Under the pieces are notes generated by a model. It saw only the letters and a list, made by a program, of their open reading frames with translations, ran no database searches and was not told the DNA's origin. A DNA stretch of 61,582 bases, filler included. It is 5 parts of 5 records of this genome, joined end to end, with 100 filler letters (N's around TTAATTAATTAA, not from the genome) between each part and the next. Parts side by side here need not be neighbours in the genome. Positions count along the whole stretch, not along the records: positions 33,863 to 50,480 come from SRR31156797_44924; positions 50,581 to 61,582 come from SRR31156797_44945; 3 more parts are not named here. One strand, 5' to 3'. A program made the translations under genes and the position numbers. Of this stretch, positions 49,400 to 58,943 are shown in pieces (positions within the stretch are counted from its first letter, which is position 1; each line of letters opens with the position of its first letter).

Positions 49400-50479
49400 A
49401 TGCCGGACCCCATAGACACCCTGGAAAACGATCCCACCAACGACACCCTTCAAAAGATATGGCCAACCCTGTTCATTGCTGTCGGCGGCACAGGCATGGA
49501 AATCGCCCTCCGGGTAAGGCGCCGCCTGCTCAACTATGTCTGGGGCAGCACCGACCACCCCGTGCGCATCGGCAGCCTCAATGAATTCCCCCTGGCCCAG
49601 TTTATCCACTTTGACCTGGACGCAGGCACCAATGCCGAGGACGGCCAGGCTGCCGCCACGGACCTGCTCAGCGAGGAAGTCAAGTTCAGCGATGACGAAC
49701 GACTGATTTTCCCCCTGGATCTTTTCAAATACAGTAAAACCGACGGGGAGCTGAACCGGTATCCCCTGATCGCGGACTGGTTTCCCCTGACCAAAAAGAA
49801 ACTGGACGAACTCAAAATCGACCCCTCAAAGGGCGCCGGCCAAATCCGTTCATTGTCCCGGCTCTATTTTTTCGATAAAGCCAATGATTTGAAAACCATG
49901 GTTGAGGGCAAAATCAAAGCCCTGCTGGCCGGCATCCCCCAGCAGGACCGAACCCGGCGCCTGGGCCTGGATCTCCAACCGGCCAGCCTCAGAATAGTGG
50001 TCATTGCCTCCACCGCCGGGGGTACCGGGGCAGGTTCATTTCTGGACATGGGCTATCTGACAAAGTGGCTGGCCCGGCAGCAGCTCACCGGGGCAAAGGT
50101 GGACCTGGCCCTCATGCTTCCCTCGGGCTATTCCGGAAGGGGGAAATCCCGTACCGAAGCCAACACCTATGCCGCCCTGATGGAACTGGAAGCCTGTACC
50201 GGCCACGGCCTGAAGTTTATCAGAACCTGGGCGGACAATATGGATCCGGAGCTCCAGAATAAGCCCTATGACGAGGTATTCCTCTTTGATACCGGCAACC
50301 TGGCCCTGAGGAAAACCACCCAGGCCCCCCATGTGTTTGACATGGTGGCCGATATCCTGTTTGAAGATTTTACCTCGGCCGAATTCGCAAACCGGAAACG
50401 GTCCATTGCCGTCAACCAGAGCCAGTATAAAATCGACGCCTTTTCCCTTCCCATGGACCGAACAAAATACGGATCCATG
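49400..50479 (+). CDS. Tubulin/FtsZ-like GTPase domain protein (Tubulin_2-type), 3'-truncated
   Basis: FIAVGGTG (T1), KGAGQIR (T3), STAGGTGAG (T4 signature), ANTYAALMEL. Confidence 0.85.
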
Positions 50480-50480
50480 A

Positions 50481-50580
50481 NNNNNNNNNNNNNNNNNNNN
50501 NNNNNNNNNNNNNNNNNNNNNNNNTTAATTAATTAANNNNNNNNNNNNNNNNNNNNNNNNNNNNNNNNNNNNNNNNNNNN
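50481..50580. other. Artificial contig linker
   Basis: N-run + TTAATTAATTAA + N-run. Confidence 0.98.
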
Positions 50581-50581
50581 G

Positions 50582-50839
50582 GATGTGATATATGATGCCC
50601 TTGATTTTATCCGCATTTTCCTCAAACCACAGGGCGGACCTGCTGATCTGGAAGAACCACTCATAGTACAAAAAGGAGTTACAGTTGGAGATATCTGTGA
50701 CAACCTGCACCGTGATTTCAGAAGAAAGTTCAGGTATTCACAGATATGGGGAGCTTCTGCAAAACACCCCGGCCAGAGAGCAGGACTTGACCACGTACTT
50801 GCGGATGGGGATCTACTGACTCTCATCATTGCGAAATGA
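50582..50839 (+). CDS. C-terminal TGS domain of an archaeal DRG/Rbg GTPase, 5'-truncated
   Basis: [47 protein letters not shown]. Confidence 0.88.
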   Translation, partial: DVIYDALDFIRIFLKPQGGPADLEEPLIVQKGVTVGDICDNLHRDFRRKFRYSQIWGASAKHPGQRAGLDHVLADGDLLTLIIAK

Positions 50840-50904
50840 TGACAAAGATACTTTTTCTGCATAACAAATAAGTATTATTATGCATTTATTCTGCTAGTCA
50901 CTGT

Positions 50905-50980
50905 AGTCCCGTAGGGTAGTGGTCAATCCTTCCGGCCTTTGGAGCCGAAGACGCTGGTTCGAATCCGGCCGGGACTACCA
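50905..50980 (+). tRNA. tRNA-Gln: tRNA-Gln (TTG), archaeal type
   Basis: Acceptor stem AGTCCCG/CGGGACT with A1-U72, anticodon loop CT-TTG-GA, TTCGAAT T-loop, encoded CCA. Confidence 0.93.
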
Positions 50981-51872
50981 TTTTCTTTATTGTTTTCCCG
51001 ATGAAATTTCTGGTATCAATATCTTAACAATTGCTAGCAAGGATATCATGCAATTCCCTCAATTATAATGCTATTATAATTGATAATGTCATTATAACCG
51101 ATAACGTGAGTTGAAAATACATTCGGAATTCTATATAACCGATAAAAGAGAAGAGAAGAAAGGGGAAAAGCACACGTGAGACTGGCTTTACAAGTATCAT
51201 CCTTCTAATAAAATAGTAGTGGTACGATTATTAAAAGGTTGATACTCTTACTACATTTTCAGTGTGTATGTCTCCTGCAGATGAACTTGTCTGATAGTTG
51301 TCATCAACCACTATATGCATATCAACCAACAAGCAAAATGGCTCTATAAGGCACCCTTTTCTAATTGTGACATGGACTTTTTTATACGACAAAAGGAAAA
51401 TATTGACATCTGCTAACCTATATGAAATTGACAACTCCTTCTCGAGAACTTTGAAAATCATTATTGACCAAAAAAAGATGGTTGTGTATGTACCGGGAAG
51501 TGTGTTGTGGAAAGTGTGGCCAATAATGGTACAGTTGAATGAGACAATAGTGATGCTCGTTATTTAATTCGGTAAAATACTGTATAGGTGAGTAACAAAC
51601 AATGCATTCAACTGCACTGACACATCATAATTACTATAGCATAAAGAAATTGCGATATTACTCTTAAACATAATCTAATTTACTAATAATTGTTTTTATT
51701 GCTGAGAAACAGGGATCGAAGGTATATTCCAAGGTCACAAAACAAAGCTATCTGAATTGCCACATAATAGTTTTTGTAGAATTTCCTAAGCCTTAAATAC
51801 TGCAAACACTATCTTCGTTGTCCTAAGAATTAATTCCGGGTAGGGGTCAATCTGAAACACGAAAGATATGAT

Positions 51873-53225
51873 ATGCTTGCAAATGAGAACATCAAAAAGC
51901 TCATCTTTAAGCTCTCAACACCTGCAATTGTGGGCTTACTCGTGCAAGCATTCTACAATCTTGTAGACACTATCTTTGTGGGGAGAGGACTGGGAGCAGA
52001 CAGTGCCCTTGGTATTGCCGGAATATCCGTAGCATTTCCCATACAGATGCTCATGATGGCACTTGCCATGGGAATAGGTATTGGAGGGGCATCCATCATC
52101 TCCAGGGCGCTGGGTATGGACGACCTCGACAAAGCTAAGAAGACACTGGCAAATATGGTCACGCTTACTATCGTTACGAGCCTTATCTTTACAGTTCTAG
52201 GACTAATATTCATTGATCCCGTGCTAAGAATATTCGGGGCTTCGGACAATATACTTCCATTTGCCAGGGAATATACCTGGTATATACTCTTAGGCACCGT
52301 ATTCTTTGCATTCTCAGCAGCAATGAGCAACGCAATAAGAGCAGAGGGGCATGCAAAGTTTGCAATGGCAATCATGCTATTCTCAAGTATTGTAAACATA
52401 ATACTGGACCCCATATTCATCTTTGAATTAAATATGGGAATCATGGGTGCTGCGGTTGCAACGGTCATATCCCAAGTTATCGGCTCTATGATGGTGATTT
52501 ACTACTACTCAGGCAACATGTGCATAGTCCCTTTCCGGTTCATATATATGACACCCGACTTTGCACTTTCGTGGGAAATCGCAAGTATAGGAGCCTCTGA
52601 GTTTATTTTTAATTCAGTAGAGAGCCTTGTCTTTATTCTGCTAAACCAGAGCCTGCTTGCATATGGAGGAGACATGGCAATCGCCGTGTTCGGTATAATC
52701 ATCAAAGTATTCATGCTAACTTTCATGCCTGTCCTGGGTATAAAGCATGGAATACAGCCTATATTCGGGTTTAACTACGGAGCCGGAAACTATGAGAGAG
52801 TCAGGGAAACAGTCTCGATCTCTAATTACATCGCATTTGGCATGTGCATGGCCAGCGTCATAGTCGTCTTTTTGGTCCCGGAGCAGATATTCATGATATT
52901 CAGCAGTGATAGCGACCTTATAGGGATGGGAGTCCCTGCTATAAAGATAAGTTTTCTCATGATGCCATTTATAGGGAGCCAGATAGTTGCAACTGCCCTG
53001 CTTCAGTCACTGGGAAAATCAAAAGAATCCCTGATGATCACGCTCTCAAGACAGATATTTTTCCTGCCACCCCTTGTTTTCTTACTTCCACTATCTATGG
53101 GTCTTACTGGAATATGGATATCTTTCCCTGTATCCGATTTTCTCGGGTTTGTTGTTGCGGTGTTTTTAATGAAAAGGGAAGTAAACAAGCTTGGTGTGAC
53201 AAAAAAGATGAATATCGATGCATAA
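51873..53225 (+). CDS. MATE-family efflux transporter
   Basis: PAIVGLLVQAFYNLVDTIFVG, IRAEG, NIILDPIFI, MGIMGAAVAT, QPIFGFNYGA. Confidence 0.93.
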   Translation: MLANENIKKLIFKLSTPAIVGLLVQAFYNLVDTIFVGRGLGADSALGIAGISVAFPIQMLMMALAMGIGIGGASIISRALGMDDLDKAKKTLANMVTLTIVTSLIFTVLGLIFIDPVLRIFGASDNILPFAREYTWYILLGTVFFAFSAAMSNAIRAEGHAKFAMAIMLFSSIVNIILDPIFIFELNMGIMGAAVATVISQVIGSMMVIYYYSGNMCIVPFRFIYMTPDFALSWEIASIGASEFIFNSVESLVFILLNQSLLAYGGDMAIAVFGIIIKVFMLTFMPVLGIKHGIQPIFGFNYGAGNYERVRETVSISNYIAFGMCMASVIVVFLVPEQIFMIFSSDSDLIGMGVPAIKISFLMMPFIGSQIVATALLQSLGKSKESLMITLSRQIFFLPPLVFLLPLSMGLTGIWISFPVSDFLGFVVAVFLMKREVNKLGVTKKMNIDA

Positions 53226-53834
53226 CTGCCCAAAGTCAAGAATGATCTTAAAAATAATAAGAAACGATGCGCAGACATGGCAGATCCTGGGAGATATGTT
53301 AGGGAATTCTGCGCATCATGAAGGGAATAAACAACGTTATCCTCTCAACACACCTATTAACCATACAATTAATATATATAATTAACTGGATATACATGTC
53401 TTAATAATAGTAAGGGCGTCAAAGTCCCTGTATGACGCCCAATTCGTACACCAATGCGTTTTTCAAAAGCGATTTTTTGGGGGTTATTCTGGGAAGTTTT
53501 ACCCGGCACATACTAGTGTTGTATCGTATTTATTTTTGAGCAATGGGATCTATATAGACATTTGAACCGGGCCTTGCTTTCCTTTTAGTATATACACTAT
53601 GGTCCCTTGCATTGCTTAAATTCTCCATGTTGCATGCACGCTATGGCAAACGGAAGGTCATAAAACATTTATATAATGTGCTCCAAGCGTTAAACTGGTA
53701 CATATGAATAAAACTGCCAATTCCAACACAATGACAATAATACTTATGCTTCTGGTATATGCAGCAATGGTAGTATTTATAGGCCTGACGGCAGGACTTG
53801 TAGGCCTGAAATAAAAAAGAGGGAGAATATTTCA

Positions 53835-55792
53835 CTATCCCCTCCTGATTCTTCGAATGGTAAAAAACAAACCCATAGTGAATACTAGCATCACAGCACT
53901 GAATCCGGGAGACTCTGCTTCTTCTTCCTCAACAGGTGCGGATGTGATTTCATATTCCTCGTCCTCAACTTCTACATCTTCCGTTTCCACTACGTCGTCC
54001 ACTGACAAATAATCCCTGGCATACCATTCCAGATCTTCGCCTGATTCATTTAATCTATCTGTAGATTCATTTTCCAGTAATTCTGTCTGGGGAATCTCAA
54101 CAAAGAAAGAAGTGTATGGCGTCACAAACCCATATTCAAGGGAGATATTTGTTATTTCTGCCACAGCAGCTTCACTGGAGCCTTCCACTTTCATTGTATC
54201 GAATTTATCCATTATTGTGTTGTAAGCCCACAGACGTGGAATGAAATTGTAGGAGCTGTCTGCCTTCACTGTGAAATCATCACTAAATGCGTAAACACCG
54301 GTTTTCGTATTACCAACAACGTCTGAGACGATTGAAACAGTACCGGTTTCATATTTTCCAAGTACTATTGATTCGGAACCTGCAAACAGGTGATCTTTTC
54401 CTGTATAGACAACATCATACGTCCCGTCATAGGAATACTCAAGATTGGAAACCAATGGGGTGGAGATAGTATCATAGAAACCAGCTATACTTTCAGCTGC
54501 TTCGGAATCAGCTTCAAAGTAAATCGCAGTTCCCCTGTTTTCAAGGCTCATAGCCTGCAGGAAAACAAAGTCATAGTCATCCTCCTCACCAAAGGCAATG
54601 GAGAACATAGAAGCACCCACATCATTTGCATTCAGTACATTTCTTCTTATGCGGGCAGTGGATTCTATGCCCATGGTGGGCCTTCCGTCTGTCAGGAATA
54701 CAATTATAGGAACATTATTAGTTCCATTTGTAAACATTCCAAGCGAAGTAACAAGTGCAGAATTAATATTTGTAGACTTATCTGCCTCTTCACTCTGTAC
54801 AAGTGCAACAGCGCTTTGCTTGTTAGATGCACTTGCAGGAAGAAGCTCTTTACTGAATGTGTCGATATCAGAATCGAAGAATACGACATTGAAATTATCA
54901 TCCTCAGGAAGATCTGCAATTATGTCTGAAAAAGCAACCCTCATCTGCTCCATTTTCAGACCTTCCATAGAACCTGACCTGTCAATCACAAAGATTATGT
55001 CCTTGTCCAGTGGTTCTGTGCCAATATCATCATCTGTAGGGGAAAAAATATGCATGAAATATCCTTCGCCATTGAACTCATAGAACAGCATCTCACCACT
55101 TAGAACAGTGTTGTCTGTGCTGAAGACTACCCTCATATCAGAATCAGGAAGTCCAACAGATGAATAAGAGACTTTGGCTTTGTTGATATCAGGATGAGTG
55201 ATATCTGCATCAAAGCCTGGAGTATCCACACCTATAATCCCAGTGGATGAACTTATATTCATGGCAACATTGAGTTTCCTGACATTGCGATTGCTTTTCA
55301 GGTACTGCAGATATTCATACTCATTGAGCTCACGTGTCAATGCCTGTTCATAGGTGAGTTTTACAACAATACTCTGCTGTGGCTTAAAATTCAGTGAATA
55401 AGAAAAGAGTTCAGTTCCCCTTGTTTCCAGAAGACCGGCTGTGGAACCACTTTTCTTGCAGACTCGAATTTCTCCTGAGCTAGTTGTTTTTCAAGAATGT
55501 CTGCCTTGTATTCCACGCCATCAATTACCAGTGAGAAGCCCGACATGAAAGCATCCTCTGGCATCAGGAACTGGACATTGTCGGTTATCGCAGTATCATA
55601 ATTATTGTCAATCTTTTCCTCTATGGTGGTTACAGCATACCCATCTTTGATGTCAACGTCTATATTCATGTAGCTAGCTGTTGCAACACCTGATTCTTCA
55701 AGTTCTGCCTGAGAAGGCGCTATCAGCAATACACATGCCACCAAGACCAGCATTAAAACAATAACTTTTGAAGAGTTCTTTCCAAAAAACAT
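53835..55792 (-). pseudogene. ITIH-like VIT + vWA surface protein with PGF-CTERM, split by a 1-nt frameshift at about 55452-55456
   Basis: ORFs 55391-55792 and 53835-55340 align end to end with the intact paralog; DRSGSM, LTDG, RLWAY, FVTPYTS, ESPGF-TM-RR tail. Confidence 0.82.
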
Positions 55793-55971
55793 TGTTATTA
55801 CAAACTCCTTATGAAAATATACTTTATAGATTAATGCATTATTAATTAAAAATATTATGGCTATTTATCAAACTATAAAGTAGAGTTGAAGAAACAAAGA
55901 TAATACAAAAAAGTAATAAAAATGCTAAATGGAAACCATATTGGCCCCCAACACTTCATATTTTAAGTACC

Positions 55972-57888
55972 TTAATACTTCCTGTTCCTAAAAGCAAGCA
56001 TAGCAAAGCCAATCATTGAAAGTCCCAGCATCAGGCTGAATCCGGGAGACTCTGCTTCTGCTTCCTCTTGCTCATATAGTTCTTCCTCTGGCTCTTCCAT
56101 AGGCATTTCCTCGTCCATAACCATTGCCTCATCAACAGCCACTTCCATACCTTCATACTCTGCAGAATCATACTCTTCTTCCGGTTCTTCAGACTGCGGA
56201 ATCTCCACGAAGAACGAGGTATACGGAGTAACAAAACCGTATTCAAGTGAGAGAGAGGTCACTTCAGAGACCAGCTCATCAGTCTCTCCTTCCACTTTCA
56301 TCATGTCGAGTTTGTCCTTTATGGTATTGTAAGCCCACAGACGCGGGATGAAATTATTAGCGTCTGAGGTCTGAACTGAGAACACATTCTCTGAATCATA
56401 AACTCCGTCCCTTACGCTACCCTTTGCCATTACACCGATAGTTGACGTATCCTTTTCATATTTACCAAGGATTATTTTGTCAGAACCTACAAAGAGATGA
56501 TCTTTACCTGTGACAACCAAATTTGTGCCTCCATCGTAGACAAACATAAGGTCCGTTACAAGTGGTGTTGAAATCGTATCGTAGAAATCACTTATGCCCT
56601 CTGAGGCTTTTAAATCAAACTCGAAGTAAACAGCGGTGCCTTTATTCTCAAGACTTAGAGCCTGCAGGAAATCGTAATCATAGTCATACTCACTACCAAA
56701 TGCAATTGAAAATATGGCCGCATCTACATCATTTGCTTCGAGCACATTTTCCCGGATAACAGCCGTGGAAGTAACACCTTCTGTAGCTTCACCATCAGTA
56801 AGAAAAACAATTATCGGAACATTTCCACTTTCTGCACTAAACATTTCAAGTGAAGCTACTAATGCCTCATTTATGTTCGTACCGCCGTCTGAACTTGTGT
56901 TGGTCACAGTTGCAATTGCCAGACCTTTATTAAGGTCACTTGCCAGCAGTATTTCATCACTGTTTGGCTTGACGTAAGAATCAAAGAATACAACATTGAA
57001 GCGATCTTCTTCTGGAAGGTCATCTATGATAGATGAAAAAGCATCTTTTACCTGTTCGATCTTAAGTCCTGACATTGAACCGGATTTATCAATCACAAAT
57101 ATGATATCCTTGTTAAGAGGCATGATTCCCAATTTATCAGCCGTAGGTGAAAATATATGCATGAAATATCCTGTACCATCAACCTCATAGAACAGCATCT
57201 CGCCGTCCATGTCTGTATTCTCCGTTTTGAACATAACAGTCATATCCGAGCCGGGCATGCCTTCTGAGGTGTATTCAATCTTTGCACTGTTGGTAGACGG
57301 ATAGGATATATCAGTATCAAGTCCCGGTGTTTCAACGCTCAGCACATCTGTGGATGAACTGATATCCACGGTGACGCTAAGGTCTTCCACGACATGTTTG
57401 CTCCTGAGATATTGTAAGTACTCGTACTCATCCATGGTCCTTGAAAGGGCCTGCTCATACGTAAGCTTCACAATGATGCTCTGATTGGCCTCGAAGTTCA
57501 GAGAATAGGAGAACAATTCAGTATCCCTTGTTTCCAGCAAACCTGCCGTTCTACCGCTTGATACCGCCTCTGCGAATCTCTGCTCTGCCTCCTCTGTCTC
57601 GAGAATGTCGGCCTGATACTCCTCTCCATCTATCGTAATGGAAAACGCTGACATGAAAGCACCTTCCGGAATCAGAAACTGGAACTTGTCCGTTACAGAT
57701 GAATTACCCGTGTTGTCAAGTTTTTCCTCAACGGTGGTTATGGCGTAACCATCGTGTATACTGACATCTATATTCATATAATCGGATTCGATATTTGATT
57801 GCGCCATTGCGGGCACCATCAACGATACACATGCTAAGGAAAAAAGCAATAGAACCATAGCCCTTGCAGGGCTCTTTTTAAGATTCAT
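55972..57888 (-). CDS. ITIH-like VIT + vWA surface protein with PGF-CTERM sorting signal
   Basis: Signal peptide; VIT motifs (IPEGAFMS, GRTAGL); MIDAS DKSGSM/GTNI/LTDG; RLWAY, FVTPYTS; acidic linker; ESPGF-TM-RNRK. Confidence 0.9.
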   Translation of the reverse strand: MNLKKSPARAMVLLLFSLACVSLMVPAMAQSNIESDYMNIDVSIHDGYAITTVEEKLDNTGNSSVTDKFQFLIPEGAFMSAFSITIDGEEYQADILETEEAEQRFAEAVSSGRTAGLLETRDTELFSYSLNFEANQSIIVKLTYEQALSRTMDEYEYLQYLRSKHVVEDLSVTVDISSSTDVLSVETPGLDTDISYPSTNSAKIEYTSEGMPGSDMTVMFKTENTDMDGEMLFYEVDGTGYFMHIFSPTADKLGIMPLNKDIIFVIDKSGSMSGLKIEQVKDAFSSIIDDLPEEDRFNVVFFDSYVKPNSDEILLASDLNKGLAIATVTNTSSDGGTNINEALVASLEMFSAESGNVPIIVFLTDGEATEGVTSTAVIRENVLEANDVDAAIFSIAFGSEYDYDYDFLQALSLENKGTAVYFEFDLKASEGISDFYDTISTPLVTDLMFVYDGGTNLVVTGKDHLFVGSDKIILGKYEKDTSTIGVMAKGSVRDGVYDSENVFSVQTSDANNFIPRLWAYNTIKDKLDMMKVEGETDELVSEVTSLSLEYGFVTPYTSFFVEIPQSEEPEEEYDSAEYEGMEVAVDEAMVMDEEMPMEEPEEELYEQEEAEAESPGFSLMLGLSMIGFAMLAFRNRKY

Positions 57889-58112
57889 GATAAACACATA
57901 TCCCAAAGTAAATTCTCAGTACTTTGTAATGTTATACTTTGACTTTAAAAAGTGTTTTGGCCAGATACTACACTATGCGGATAAAATTATATCAAACAAG
58001 CACACCTCAACTTCCCATACTTTGTTGCTATACCCTAGGCACATAGCTGATGAATCCTGCACAGCACATTTAAACTAAAAAAGAATAGAATACTATCATA
58101 AGAGGAGTAGCT

Positions 58113-58943
58113 ATGGCAATGAAATGCGCTTTATCCGAGGAACTGCCGGTGGATGAATATCTGATAACAGAAGAACCTTATTATGTACCGGTTGGCAACG
58201 AAGTTGAGATATTTACAGCCGCTTACAGGAACATGCTTCCGGTGAACCTCAAAGGACCAACAGGTTGCGGGAAAACACGTTTCATGGAGTACATGGCCTG
58301 GAAATTACAGCGCCCTCTGATAACCATTGCCTGTCATGAGGACCTTACGGCAACCGACCTCGTGGGACGTTTCCTGATAAAAGGAGATAATGTTGAATGG
58401 AGTGACGGACCCCTTACAAAAGCCGTTAAAGCCGGAGCAATCTGTTACCTTGATGAAGTGGTTGAAGCAAGGAAGGATACAATTGTTGTCATTCATCCGC
58501 TAACAGATGACAGGCGTATTATTCCCATCGACAAGCTTGGTATAGTCATAAAGGCACCGGAAGAGTTCATGCTCTCGGTATCATACAATCCCGGATACCA
58601 GAGCATTGTCAAGGACATGAAACAGAGCACTAGACAGAGGTTCGTTGCCATTGATTTCGATTATCCCCCTGCTGAACTGGAAAGAAAGATCGTCTCACAC
58701 GAGAGCCAGGTAGATGATACCTTGGCAGGCCAGCTTGTGGAGATAGGCCAGAGCATCAGGAACTTCAAGCACCACGGACTCGAGGAAGGAGTGAGCACAC
58801 GCCTGCTGATCTATGCCGGTAAACTCATCCGCGAAGGCATTGAAGCAAAGGAAGCCTGCCGCATATCCATGGCAAAACCGATAACCGATAATCCTGACCT
58901 TCAGAAAAGTATTGATGAAATCATCGCAGCCATTGTGGAGTGA
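58113..58943 (+). CDS. CbbQ/NirQ/NorQ-family (MoxR) AAA+ ATPase
   Basis: [52 protein letters not shown]. Confidence 0.92.
   Translation: MAMKCALSEELPVDEYLITEEPYYVPVGNEVEIFTAAYRNMLPVNLKGPTGCGKTRFMEYMAWKLQRPLITIACHEDLTATDLVGRFLIKGDNVEWSDGPLTKAVKAGAICYLDEVVEARKDTIVVIHPLTDDRRIIPIDKLGIVIKAPEEFMLSVSYNPGYQSIVKDMKQSTRQRFVAIDFDYPPAELERKIVSHESQVDDTLAGQLVEIGQSIRNFKHHGLEEGVSTRLLIYAGKLIREGIEAKEACRISMAKPITDNPDLQKSIDEIIAAIVE

Noticed and set aside
51231-51567. Short ORFs in the tRNA-MATE intergenic region
   Set aside because: Non-ATG or weak starts, no motifs, mutually overlapping
53266-53440. Inverted repeats after the MATE gene (GATGCGCAGA/TCTGCGCATC and GGGCGTCA/TGACGCCC)
   Set aside because: Short stems with long loops; no basis for assigning an RNA gene or element
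49400-57888. Functional link between the tubulin-like operon and the archaeal vWA/MoxR genes
   Set aside because: Separated by an artificial linker and apparently from different domains of life
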